NCBI GenBank assembly: GCA_041687695.1
Contig: JAWLBL010000021.1
Span: 70,325 to 134,324 of the forward strand
Length of the DNA stretch: 64,000 bases
Source of the DNA: Myxococcota bacterium
GTDB lineage: Bacteria; Myxococcota_A; UBA9042; PHBI01; JAWLBL01
Direction: 5' to 3'
Below are positions 18,936 through 28,476 of the stretch, piece by piece. Below the pieces are notes generated by a model. The model did not search any database. It was not told the DNA's origin and worked only from the letters and a program-made list of their open reading frames with translations. Made by a program: the position numbers and the translations under genes. Position 1 is the first letter of the stretch. The number at the start of each line of letters is the position of its first letter.

Positions 18936-19414
18936 GCAGCACCTCCTACCCTATGTCGCAGTCAAGCCCCCCTCGCCGCGACCCGCTCGCCTCCCCGATC
19001 CACTCCCCTCGGCCCGCGCCGGCTCGATGGCCTCGCCGTTCACAAGCCCCCCACGCCCTTCCCGGCCGGCGTCCCTCCGTACCTGCCCTCCCGCACCGCC
19101 GGAATCCCAGCCCCGCCGCCCTCCGGCCGCGCCGGTGTCAACCTTCCGGCCGCGTACGCCTTGCACCCCTCGCCACGCCCGAATACAGTCGCCCCAACGC
19201 AGTACCGGAAGGCGGCCATGCTCACGCAAGAAGCCCAAGCACTCCGCTCGCCCGAGCCCCACGGCTCCCAGCGCACCGCGGCGCCCACCGTCTTCGCACG
19301 CGGTCCGGCCCTGCCCGGCCCCGCGCATCCCCCGCGCATCCAATAGCCAACGCACCACCTGGCCGAGGCCGCAGCCGCCAACCCGCACCCACCCCGACGA
19401 CCCAGCGAGCCATC

Positions 19415-20383
19415 ATGACCGCGCCGCAACCACCGACCGAACCGAGCCTGGGCGACTACGTCGTCCACCCGAAGTTCCCCGAGTGGGGCCCGGGCAAGGT
19501 CGCGCTCGTCGAGGGCGGCAACGTGTGGGTCTTCTTCAGGGACTACGCGGGCTCGACACCCGAGGACTCCCGGCGCGCCAAGCGCTTCAAGCTGGCCGAC
19601 CTCCCGCTCGAGCGCGCGGACCTCACGTCCGACGTGGTCCTCGACAACCTCCCGCCCTACGAGCGCAACGGCGGCGTCCTCATGCTGCCGCACCAGCGCC
19701 TGACCCTGGCCGACGCGAAGAAGGTCTTCCTCACCGAGTTCCCCCTCGGCTTCAAAGACGGGACCTACATCGGCGACCTCAGGATCGGCGAGCGCGCCTA
19801 CAAGCTCGCCGCCCACGAGCGCTTCACCGCCTTGCTCGGCGGCGGTCAGCTCGCGCAGCTCCTGGCCAGCGGGCAGGTCGCCGAGGCCGCCTCGCGCGCC
19901 CTGCAAGCGGTCACCAAGCAGCTCAACCTGCTGTCCCCCTACGAGGCCATGGCCTTCAAGGACGCCCTCGCCGACGAGCCCGCGGCCGCCCGCTACCTCC
20001 GCGGCCTCGACGCCCTCCTCCAGGCCCCGACCCTGACCGCCCCAACCTTCGAGGCCTACCTCGCCGGCTTCTTCGCCCTCCCCCAGGTCGGCAACTCACG
20101 CGTCCACTCCTGGCCCGTCTGCAGCGCCCTGCCCTTCATCGCCGCCCCCACCCGCTTCATGTTCCTCAAGCCCGGCGAGACCCAGACCGCCGTCAACCGC
20201 TTCGCCTGGGACATCAAGTACACCCCCCGCCCCAACTACGACACCTACAAGCGCCTCCACTCCTTCGCCGCCTGGCTCCAGACCGAGCTAGCCGACATGG
20301 GCTGCGCGGACTACATCGATGTGCAGTCGTTCATGTTCATCACCTGCGGCAGTAGCCACGAAGGCGCTGTGGCCGCATGTTGA
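19415..20383 (+). CDS. Hypothetical protein with DUF3553-like N-terminus (GDYVVHPKFPEWGPGKV)
   Basis: ATG at 19415 (ORF track 18953, in frame) begins the protein-like region; the N-terminal 154 aa of the longer ORF is Arg/Pro-rich. The overlapping 18934 ORF in another frame is low-complexity. Confidence 0.55.
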   Translation: MTAPQPPTEPSLGDYVVHPKFPEWGPGKVALVEGGNVWVFFRDYAGSTPEDSRRAKRFKLADLPLERADLTSDVVLDNLPPYERNGGVLMLPHQRLTLADAKKVFLTEFPLGFKDGTYIGDLRIGERAYKLAAHERFTALLGGGQLAQLLASGQVAEAASRALQAVTKQLNLLSPYEAMAFKDALADEPAAARYLRGLDALLQAPTLTAPTFEAYLAGFFALPQVGNSRVHSWPVCSALPFIAAPTRFMFLKPGETQTAVNRFAWDIKYTPRPNYDTYKRLHSFAAWLQTELADMGCADYIDVQSFMFITCGSSHEGAVAAC

Positions 20384-20434
20384 GAAACAGTTTATTGTCA
20401 GCGCGGCTGGGCCGGATATTCTGGACCGCCCTAG

Positions 20435-20463
20435 AAAGCGGGAAGTGGCGAGGCCTGACCCTA
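20435..20463 (+). repeat. Left direct repeat (att-like) of the lower-GC island
   Basis: GAAAGCGGGAAGTGGCGAGGCCTGACCCT matches 26394-26423 (GAAAGTGAGAAGTGGCTAGGCCTGACCCCT) in direct orientation. GC content drops immediately downstream. Confidence 0.5.
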
Positions 20464-20660
20464 AGCATACGGACTTCCAGCCGGAGGCGCGGGACGGTCG
20501 AGCGTCGTGTCACGACCCGCGTGGCACGTGCGCTAGCGCCGTTGTCAGTTCACTCCCCGTTGGGCTAGACTATCACCTGATATTAGGACGTCTCTCCTGA
20601 TGCCTCAGCAGCCCGAGGTGCGTGCGATGCCGAGTGACGCCGGCCCCCCCCCCGACATGG

Positions 20661-20849
20661 ATGACCCTCGATGAATTTACTGAGCATCTCAGAGTTAGCC
20701 GTTAGAAGCTCTACAACCTCGCGCAGGGCGGCGAGATCCCCTGCTTCAAGGTCGCCGGTCGAAGAGGTTTCTATCGCCCGAAGATCGACGAATGGATGCT
20801 GGCGCAGGGCCCTGGGTCGGCGACCCCGAAGGGGGAACATCGTGAGTAG
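20661..20849 (+). pseudogene. Excisionase/HTH_17-like DNA-binding ORF interrupted by an in-frame TAG
   Basis: Reads MTLDEFTEHLRVSR*KLYNLAQGGEIPCFKVAGRRGFYRPKIDEWMLAQGP. This is the classic Xis/AlpA-type helix-turn-helix pattern, with an amber codon at 20703-20705 in the recognition-helix region. Confidence 0.6.
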
Positions 20850-20867
20850 ATCGCGCGGGGTAGCAGC

Positions 20868-23800
20868 ATGAGCGTCACAGAACACCTTGAAGGCCTTGCC
20901 GCCGCGATCAACGATGGTCGCCCCCTCGTCGTGCTCATGGGCCAGGATGCGTGGCGGGTCGGCACTCGGCCGGATCCTGCGGTACTCGCAGCGCTCAAGC
21001 GTGCCGAGAGATTGGAAGTGGACTCCGATCCGAGAGGGCTCGTTTCTCTGCTCTCCGTTGAGCCCCTGCCCGAAGACTTCTTTCAATGGCTCGCTGACCA
21101 GTACCTTCGGCAGGTCGAACCTGAGTGGTTTGAGCCCATCGCACGCCTCCCATTAAACGCATTCTTCACGACTAGCGTGGACCCTACACTTTCGAGGGCG
21201 CTTCGCGTTGGGGGCCGTGATGTTGAGGCAGTTCTGAGCAAGTCGGACACCCCCGCGGCGCCGCGCCACCGACGCAATCTCCACTTGAGCTACCTTTTCG
21301 GTCGCGCCGGTGAAATGAACCTCAGTGAGGCGCCGCCGAAGTCGACTCAGGAGTTGCGACGACGAACTGCATTGCACGCGAATGCCCTCCTCGCCCGACT
21401 CGTCGAAACCACCACGTCGCTCGGGGTGCTCGCTATTGACGGGTTGACCTGTGGTAGCGACTGGCTGTCGGCCGAATCGCTGTATGGCGTGCTGTCCGCG
21501 TTCAAGCCCGGCCAAGTCTTCTGGTTCGGGTGGGACTCTTCGCTGAGCACAGGCGACGCGGCCCTGATGGAGGAACTGGCGGCGCCCAATGGCCCCATCA
21601 CTTTCGTGCCCGAGAGGCTCTCTAGCTCTCTCCGCGCGCTCACACTGGCGGGCAGAATTGAGCCGCTTCGCGCGGCGTCCTTGGCGGCGACGAACGCCGT
21701 GACTATCGGCGAATCGCTCCTCGAGATTGAGCCCTCGACGCGACTCAAGACCTCGACGGCCGCTAGTATCGTCGACGACACGTGGCTCGCGCCACTTCCC
21801 GTGCTCGGTGAGGATGAGTTCTTCGAGGAGTTCCGACGATTCCACGGTCAGGTGGAGGAAGCGCGCCGGCTCGTCGAGGGGGTGAGGCGGGGGTTCGCCA
21901 TAGAGCGGGCCTTTGAGAATCGGCTTCGCGATCGAGTCCAGAACGCACTCAAGGACGCACCGCGGCTCAAGGAACCGATTCTGCTTCATGGTCAGTCCGG
22001 AACAGGCAAGAGCATCGCACTCGCGCGCCTCGCGCTCTCCGTTCGGAAGGATCGCCGATATCCGGTGCTAGTTGCCAGCCGCGCATCACGGTTGCCCGCG
22101 GTAGACGAGCTTGACGAGTTCTGTATGCGCGCCGAGGAGGCCGGCGCCGAAGCAACCCTTCTTATCTGTGATGCGAATGCGCAGGCGGCTCGGTATCGGG
22201 ACCTTCTGCGGGGCTTTCGAAGTCGAGGAAGACGAGTCGTTGTGGTCGGTAGCGCGTATCGCCTCATTGACCAGAAGCAGGCTGCGGGAGAAGGAAGGCA
22301 TCTCATCGAGGCGCCCTCGACGCTGGACGACGAAGAAGCTGCGAATCTCACCGCGGTTCTCCGGGAGCACGCCAGCCTCAAGTACACGTCCTCAACATCT
22401 CAATTTCTGCTGCCGGCCGTCTACCGCATTCTGCCGGAGGTGCGCCCTCGATTGGCCGCCGGTCTGGCTCACGAAGCGCGGGTCGCGGAGGATGATCTCA
22501 GGTCACGCGGGACAACCATTCGGCAGGGCAAGCCCCAGCCCGCCGGTGCGCTTGGACAGGCGCTCATAGATGCGGGCTTGATTGAACCGAAAGAACTTCT
22601 CGATCTGCGACTTCAGGAGTTCATGGGAGCCCTGAGCGACGCGGCATCGAAGGCGATCGACTACGTAATGGTGCCAGGGAAGCTGGACTGCCCTGTTCCC
22701 ATCAACCTGCTGATGCGGGCGGTAGGTGGGAGCGAGAGCCTGGTTGATATCGCATCCCTGTTCTCTGGAATCGACCTGTTTCGATGGAGCACAAACGACG
22801 AGGACGATATCTTCATTCACCCTCGCCTTCGAGTCGAAGCAGAGTTGGTCACAGCTCGACGGCTCGGAACGTCGACTGCTGAGGCACAGATAGCGGTTGA
22901 TCTCCTGAAAGCAGCGAACCCCACTACACATGGAAGCTGCGAGCGACGGTTCGTCCTGGACCTTGTTCATCGTCTGGGTCCCGACGGCCCCTACGGACCG
23001 TGCTACGCCGACCACTATCTGGACGTCGCACGCGCGCTTACGGAAATGCGCGAGCGGCGCGGGCTCAGCGACCCGAGCCTCATGCTCCAGGAAGCTCGTC
23101 TCAGACGACGGGTTTTTCGAGATGCCCGGCCGAACGAACGGCACAACCCTGCGACTATCCTGGACGAGGCACGGCAGATCGTCGATCTCGCCCTCGACGA
23201 GTTCGGCGCGGCCCGCTCGCCTGGGTTGCGCCGCGTTTGCTCAATGCTTCGGGTGGAGCGCGCCGCCATCTACGGCTTTCGCGCTGTGCAACAGCTACAG
23301 TCTGGTGCATCCCAAGATGAGACTTGGCAGTACTACGAGGCAGCACGAGACGCTGCTCGCAGTGCCTTGTTCTCTGCGGACGCGTACCACGCGATCGACG
23401 TGAGCCTTTGGATACCGCGCCGACTGCTCGAGGATGGGAACTGGGATTCCGTCCGGAAGGCGGAACTGACCGCCGACATATGGGATGGTCTCGAGCGCGT
23501 CGACGCTGACGATTTGGACGCAGACCAACGTGGCGTCTTCGAGGAGCAACGCTTCAAGGTCTCGAAAGCACTTGGGAGCGACGAGCTTGAATTGGCGGCT
23601 CTCCAGGCACTCGAGTCGATGGGGTCATCCGCGGGGCTGTTCCTGCAAGCGCGAGCGATCGGCGGCGATCTGCGGGGCCGCGGGATGGCGGACGATGGTG
23701 AACGGGAGCGAGCACGACGTGTAGTCGGGTTCCTAACTGAGAAGGGACCGCGGATCCGGGAGGACGCACGATGTCTTCGGTATCTCCTGCGCGCGACCTG

Positions 23801-24299
23801 GATCAGCGCGGCAGGTAGCTACTTGTTCGGAGGGGAACGACTTCCTCTGCCGGGTTCCGAGTCGGACCTCAGAGAGCTTCTGGACATCGTCGACACCCTC
23901 GCCAACATCGAAGGCTCGTTGGGAGACCCGCGAACCGAGTACCTGCGAGCCGTGTTGATGTGGCGGTTGCAGCGGGAGAACGCTGCGCGCGAGGTTTGGC
24001 GCGCCTTGAGCCAAGACACGGCATTCAACGACCCCCGACGCATCGTTCGACACCATGTATGGAGTGAGAGCGAAGGGAAACCGCGAGTCTTCTATGGCCG
24101 AGTCGTGCGCGATGACCTGGAGCGTGGGCGAGCCAAAGTTCAGGTGGACGACATCCGGCAGGAGATAGAGATCCTACAGCGCGACTTCCCTGACCTGGAG
24201 CTGCGGCGGGGCGCCTCGATTCGCGGCGGGTTCTACATCGCCTTCAACTTCATCGGGCCGATTGCGGAGCCACTTATCAGAAGAGGGGGTGGCCGATGA
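20868..24299 (+). CDS. SIR2-like + STAND P-loop NTPase (Avs5-like antiphage defence protein), 1143 aa
   Basis: N-terminus resembles SIR2_2 (GRPLVVLMGQDAW ~ GxLVLFvGAGvS; FFTTSVDPTLSRAL ~ iTTNYDxLLE; NLHLSYLFG ~ KLHGS). Walker A is LLHGQSGTGKSIALARLA and Walker B is ATLLICDANAQ. Long C-terminal helical region. Lower GC than the genome. Confidence 0.6.
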   Translation: MSVTEHLEGLAAAINDGRPLVVLMGQDAWRVGTRPDPAVLAALKRAERLEVDSDPRGLVSLLSVEPLPEDFFQWLADQYLRQVEPEWFEPIARLPLNAFFTTSVDPTLSRALRVGGRDVEAVLSKSDTPAAPRHRRNLHLSYLFGRAGEMNLSEAPPKSTQELRRRTALHANALLARLVETTTSLGVLAIDGLTCGSDWLSAESLYGVLSAFKPGQVFWFGWDSSLSTGDAALMEELAAPNGPITFVPERLSSSLRALTLAGRIEPLRAASLAATNAVTIGESLLEIEPSTRLKTSTAASIVDDTWLAPLPVLGEDEFFEEFRRFHGQVEEARRLVEGVRRGFAIERAFENRLRDRVQNALKDAPRLKEPILLHGQSGTGKSIALARLALSVRKDRRYPVLVASRASRLPAVDELDEFCMRAEEAGAEATLLICDANAQAARYRDLLRGFRSRGRRVVVVGSAYRLIDQKQAAGEGRHLIEAPSTLDDEEAANLTAVLREHASLKYTSSTSQFLLPAVYRILPEVRPRLAAGLAHEARVAEDDLRSRGTTIRQGKPQPAGALGQALIDAGLIEPKELLDLRLQEFMGALSDAASKAIDYVMVPGKLDCPVPINLLMRAVGGSESLVDIASLFSGIDLFRWSTNDEDDIFIHPRLRVEAELVTARRLGTSTAEAQIAVDLLKAANPTTHGSCERRFVLDLVHRLGPDGPYGPCYADHYLDVARALTEMRERRGLSDPSLMLQEARLRRRVFRDARPNERHNPATILDEARQIVDLALDEFGAARSPGLRRVCSMLRVERAAIYGFRAVQQLQSGASQDETWQYYEAARDAARSALFSADAYHAIDVSLWIPRRLLEDGNWDSVRKAELTADIWDGLERVDADDLDADQRGVFEEQRFKVSKALGSDELELAALQALESMGSSAGLFLQARAIGGDLRGRGMADDGERERARRVVGFLTEKGPRIREDARCLRYLLRATWISAAGSYLFGGERLPLPGSESDLRELLDIVDTLANIEGSLGDPRTEYLRAVLMWRLQRENAAREVWRALSQDTAFNDPRRIVRHHVWSESEGKPRVFYGRVVRDDLERGRAKVQVDDIRQEIEILQRDFPDLELRRGASIRGGFYIAFNFIGPIAEPLIRRGGGR

Positions 24300-25513
24300 G
24301 CTTCGAGAGCATTCTACGCTGTCACCAGCGGATCAACGGACTGTCCAGAAGCCTCCTCGGGCGTCCCGCGTTCGACGAGCTTCACGTCGCGCTCCCTGAC
24401 CCAGCGAGTCCCGAACCTGGCTTTATCCGGGCGACCTCGTGGCTTTACTGCCTTTACTTCGAAGCGGGGCGAGTCAGCATAACGTTCTTGCGCCGTCTCG
24501 GAGAGGCCTACTCGTTGATCGACCGCGCTGAGATCGACGAGCACGTTGAGGTCGTGCGGTGCCTTCGAACAGAACTCCACCACAACCTCGGGTTCGTGGA
24601 TTCAGATCAGGCTGCGCGGGCGTCCGCAGAGGGATGGCGTCGGAGGGTCTGCGGCACTGCGATTCCTCGAGACGACGCGCAGTGGAGCAAGTGCTATGTC
24701 GGCTTGATCGAGAAGGCCAACCACTTCCTGAGCGCCATCGATGAGGTCGTTCGACGTATTGAGGCCGACGGCGACAAGGCCGGACAGCACCTTGAAGAGT
24801 GGCTTCGACGTCTCGACCGTAGTTGGCCAGCGGCAGCCTTCGACCCTGTGGTCGATGAGGCGAAATACCACCTTGGCCGCCAGGGCCTCAACACCGTTGA
24901 GTTCAGGCAGCGCCATGTCGACCGGTGGCGCGCCCAACTCGAGCTCATGGAGGATGGGTTCGACTTTGCCGAAGAGGCTACTCGACTTGTCGAGAAGTCG
25001 CTGCTGGACGAAGACAGTTTCGTTCTTCCGATAACGGGCCGCGACATTGTGAACGCTCTGCAGATTGCATCTGGGCCGCGAATTGGGACGCTTCTCGAAC
25101 AGGCGCAACGGAGGTTTGCGGCTCAGCCCTGCACCAGGGAAGAGTTGCTCGCTCACCTGGAACGCAGCCGCCCAGATTCGGATTTCGACAGCCTTGTGGA
25201 CGCGGCGAAGGTACGCTTTGGACGAGACGATCTTAATACAGTCAGGTTTCGGCAGTGTCATGTGGACCACTGGCGCGAGCAGCTCGACCTCATGGAAGAC
25301 GACGTGGACTTCGATGACCAGGCGACGCGCCTAATCGAGAAGACGTTGACAGACGAGGTGCTTCTGCCGATCACGAGTCAGGATGTTTTGGACGAACTGC
25401 GGATCAAGCCTGGCCGCCGGGTAGGAGCACTCCTCGTGGCGGCTCGCAAGCGATTCGAGTCTGCGCCGTGCACCAAGGAGGTGCTGCTGGAGTATCTCGC
25501 TGCGGTCCCCTGA
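24296..25513 (+). CDS. Partner protein co-transcribed with the SIR2-STAND gene; contains an internal tandem duplication of a ~110-aa module
   Basis: Start overlaps the upstream stop (ATGA). Two repeats (...LNTVEFRQRHVDRWRAQLELMEDGFDF...LPITGRDIVNALQIASGPRIGTLLEQAQRRF...REELLAHLE and ...LNTVRFRQCHVDHWREQLDLMEDDVDF...LPITSQDVLDELRIKPGRRVGALLVAARKRF...KEVLLEYL). Confidence 0.6.
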   Translation: MSFESILRCHQRINGLSRSLLGRPAFDELHVALPDPASPEPGFIRATSWLYCLYFEAGRVSITFLRRLGEAYSLIDRAEIDEHVEVVRCLRTELHHNLGFVDSDQAARASAEGWRRRVCGTAIPRDDAQWSKCYVGLIEKANHFLSAIDEVVRRIEADGDKAGQHLEEWLRRLDRSWPAAAFDPVVDEAKYHLGRQGLNTVEFRQRHVDRWRAQLELMEDGFDFAEEATRLVEKSLLDEDSFVLPITGRDIVNALQIASGPRIGTLLEQAQRRFAAQPCTREELLAHLERSRPDSDFDSLVDAAKVRFGRDDLNTVRFRQCHVDHWREQLDLMEDDVDFDDQATRLIEKTLTDEVLLPITSQDVLDELRIKPGRRVGALLVAARKRFESAPCTKEVLLEYLAAVP

Positions 25514-25856
25514 ACCCCAGGGGCCACGTCCGTAAGTATCAGAGGTGTCAGGGTTCCCCATTTCCCACCCGTCGCCACAGACAGGGACCTCGGCGGCCTG
25601 CGGCTTCATAGGTGCGTCGGTGCGTGACGGCGATTGGGCGGGCCCCAGGGGCCACGTCCGTAGAAGTTAAGTTGCTCGCGGATGGGCGACCGAGGCTGCA
25701 GGCGGCGTGTCCCAGGGGTCAAGTCCCAACTTACAAACAACTCGAGTGCAGACGGCTGGTTACGGGTGGCCCATGGTGAAGGAGTATGCAAGTCGCGACT
25801 TGCCCCCTCGCCCCTCTGACCCCTCGCCCCTCAGTTGCGACCATCCGGAGGAAGTG

Positions 25857-26183
25857 ATGCCCTCGCTCAGTGAATATGTAAACGTCTACAACACAGCCCT
25901 TGAGGTGCTTCGTGTCAAGGGATATCGCGTCTGGTTCGACAAGGAGGCCGATATGTACTGTGCTGAGAAGGACGGATGGGATTTCATGGCCGATGGCCCG
26001 ATTTCGCTGCTCGGCCTCGTAGCAATCTATGAACATCAAAACCCTTCAACATACAGAGACTACTGGTGGCGGCAAGAAGGGCCGCTTGAGTTCAACAAAC
26101 TCCCCAGCGAGGCTCCAGATTGCATACCTCTTGGGGTGAAGAGTTCCGAGGGCGGGGCGGGGGCAAAGGGGTCAGACACCTAA
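25857..26183 (+). CDS. Small hypothetical protein (108 aa)
   Basis: GGAGG RBS then ATG at 25857. AT-richer codon usage (island-like). No recognisable domain. Confidence 0.4.
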   Translation: MPSLSEYVNVYNTALEVLRVKGYRVWFDKEADMYCAEKDGWDFMADGPISLLGLVAIYEHQNPSTYRDYWWRQEGPLEFNKLPSEAPDCIPLGVKSSEGGAGAKGSDT

Positions 26184-26355
26184 TTGTACGCTCCTGTTGG
26201 ACAAGGAAGTGGAGGCCGCTTTGCTCCTCGCCCCGATTGGGGTGGGACTCCTCTTCGTCGCCAATGGGGGGTTCGACGACATCGCGCGATGTGCACGGCT
26301 AAAGGACGCCGTTCTGTGGCGTTCGATGTCGCCGCCGGAACGGTAGGCCCAAAGG

Positions 26356-26424
26356 CAGGGGTCAGGCCTAGCCACTTTCCATATCGGTGCTCGGAAAGTG
26401 AGAAGTGGCTAGGCCTGACCCCTG
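26356..26424. repeat. Perfect 22-bp inverted repeat (long hairpin); its right arm is also the island's right direct repeat
   Basis: CAGGGGTCAGGCCTAGCCACTT ... AAGTGGCTAGGCCTGACCCCTG with a ~25-nt loop. Confidence 0.8.
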
Positions 26425-26584
26425 GGGCCTGGTTCAGACAGGGCCTCCGCTGGTACGAGCTCCTGCCAAACATGCCCGAGGATCGTCTGAAGAAACGCAT
26501 GAACGAGTTCGTTGCGGTCATGCGAGAGCACGAGGTATGCAGCGCCGTTCTGGGGGTGCTGTAGGAATGGGGGGATGCCTCAAG

Positions 26585-26990
26585 GCCCAGGGGCCACGTC
26601 CGTAAAAGTTAAGTTGCTCGCGTGACCTCAGGGTCAAGTCCCAACTTGCAAACAACTCGAGTACGGACGGTTGGTTACGGGTGGCCCATGACGAAGAAGA
26701 GATCAGCCAGCTCCCCGTATTGGGCTCTAACAGTGAACCTCCGAAGGGCATGCGCCTCGGGGATCGGGTGAAGTGAACTCCGACGAGGCCCAGGGGCCAC
26801 GTCCGTAAAAGTTAAATTGCTCGCGTGACCTCAGGGTCAAGTCCCAACTTGCAAACAACTCGAGTACGGACGGTTGGTTACGGGTGGCCCATGACGAAGA
26901 AGAGATCAGCCAGCTCCCCGTATTGGGCTCTAACAGTGAACCTCAGAAGGGCATGCACCTCGGGGATCGGGTGAAGTGAACTCCGACGAG
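26585..26990. repeat. 203-bp tandem duplication (x2) containing MITE-like hairpin elements with CAGGGGCCACGTCCGTA termini
   Basis: Unit starts at 26585 and 26788, >95% identical. Related copies at 25515-25560 and 25643-25790, and a complete TIR-bounded copy at 63046-63260. Confidence 0.8.
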
Positions 26991-27108
26991 ATGATTCGAG
27001 GCGGCACGACCGCCGACAACGCATCGCATCGGCCTCGTCGTTCGGCTGTGTTGCTCAACATCTCTCCATTTCCTGGAGCGACGAGAAAGTGACATGTGAT
27101 GAACCGGC

Positions 27109-28476
27109 TCAATCCCCGAAGGCGTGGAGTGCACCGGGAACGTCGGCGAAAGCCCAGCCGTCGGGCAGCTGTTGGTCGGTGCCGCCGGCCCAGCGGATGA
27201 AGCGCGGGCGGGGGCCGTCGCTGTACCAGATGCCGGAGTCGGTCAGAGCATCGGGCCAGAGCGGAAAGTCGACGGCCCCTGGAGCAGGGACGAGGGCTGC
27301 CACCGCTCGGCCCTGGTTGGCGTCGAACACGGTGAGCCCGCGCGAGTCGACGATGATGTGAGAGTCGCCTGACCGGTACTGACGGACACCTGGGCCCTGG
27401 AGGTCGGCCGTCCGGGCAACCACGCGACCTTCATCGAGGTCAACGACGGCGATCCGGGACGGAAGGGCGCCTGGTCCGGTGCGCTCGATGAGCGGCAAGT
27501 AGCGAGGGACGGCCTGTCCCAAAGCCGCTCGATGAGGATAACGCCAGGCGATGCCCCCGAGCGCGTACCTGGTGACCTCGTCCGGGGGGTGGATGTCCAA
27601 TTGCCACATCGGACGACCGCCCGATGAGAGACGAAGCAGCCGGTACGGCCCTCGAATCGGGCCTGCCAGTACGACCAGGTCGGAGCCTCGAGTGCCGCAC
27701 GCGTGAATCCCGTTGGACGAGGGCCATGAGATGTCCTGGGCGGCTTCGCTCGCGAAGGAAGCGAGATGGACGGTGTCATAGTCGGAGAAGATCGGGCGAT
27801 CCTCGACAAGGCAAGCTACAGACCGGCTCTCGGCCGTGCGGAGGTGTCGTCCGGTGTCGCGGTCGAGCCAGACGAGGGTCTCGATGGCGTCGACCAGGAC
27901 ATGGGAGTCGGTCAGGTGCAAGCGGCGAAGCTTGCCGGCGTGTCCGAAGTCGGCCCGCCACGCGACGCCTGTCGACGGTGCGATCCCCAAAACCGCGTCC
28001 GCTTGGGGCACGTGGAGCGCAGCGCCTCGATCGTCGGCGACGAGGCTGTAAGGTCCCGAGGTCCACTGCTCATCCTCGCGCGAGGACCAAAGCGTAGCGC
28101 CGTCTTCGAACGAGACTGCGTGGATGAAGAGGTCGTCGTCGACCGCCGTGACCAGGATGGCGGACTGCAACGTCGGAGCGAGTAGCACCTGCCCGACACT
28201 GACTCGCCAGCTGCCAGGTACGCGCGACCGCCACAAACGCTCTCCCTGCCGCCAGGCCTCGACGAGCGTCTCGCGGTCACTCGGCCGGTCAGTGAGCACG
28301 AAGATCACCTGCCCGTGCGCCACGACGGCACGCGCGGCATCATGGTCGCTGCGAGACCACATGAGGAGACCCATGATCGAGCACACGGCGACCAAAGCGA
28401 TGACGAGTCGGTTTCGGATCAGGGCTGAATCTCCGGGAGTTGGGCCATCGGCAAGCTCATGACTTCGGCCATCCAC
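27109..28476 (-). CDS. Membrane-anchored beta-propeller (PQQ/BamB-like repeat) protein, hypothetical
   Basis: N-terminal TM helix (LVIALVAVCSIMGLLMW). Repeated ...LWS../..VW.. blade-like motifs. Lower GC. Confidence 0.5.
   Translation of the reverse strand: MDGRSHELADGPTPGDSALIRNRLVIALVAVCSIMGLLMWSRSDHDAARAVVAHGQVIFVLTDRPSDRETLVEAWRQGERLWRSRVPGSWRVSVGQVLLAPTLQSAILVTAVDDDLFIHAVSFEDGATLWSSREDEQWTSGPYSLVADDRGAALHVPQADAVLGIAPSTGVAWRADFGHAGKLRRLHLTDSHVLVDAIETLVWLDRDTGRHLRTAESRSVACLVEDRPIFSDYDTVHLASFASEAAQDISWPSSNGIHACGTRGSDLVVLAGPIRGPYRLLRLSSGGRPMWQLDIHPPDEVTRYALGGIAWRYPHRAALGQAVPRYLPLIERTGPGALPSRIAVVDLDEGRVVARTADLQGPGVRQYRSGDSHIIVDSRGLTVFDANQGRAVAALVPAPGAVDFPLWPDALTDSGIWYSDGPRPRFIRWAGGTDQQLPDGWAFADVPGALHAFGD

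Noticed and set aside
16203-19346. Long ORFs (1047, 760, 456 aa and several minus-strand ones) spanning 16.2-19.3 kb
   Set aside because: They run through the 241-bp tandem repeat and are Pro/Arg/Ala/Ser-rich in all frames, so they are treated as non-coding repeat DNA.
18934-20355. Alternative 473-aa ORF overlapping 18953..20383 in another frame, and antisense 19040..19906
   Set aside because: Pro/Arg-rich low-complexity translations. Only the 19415-20383 frame is protein-like with ordinary composition.
20400-20600. tRNA gene as island integration target
   Set aside because: No cloverleaf-compatible sequence (acceptor stem or T-loop GTTCRANYC) seen at either island edge.
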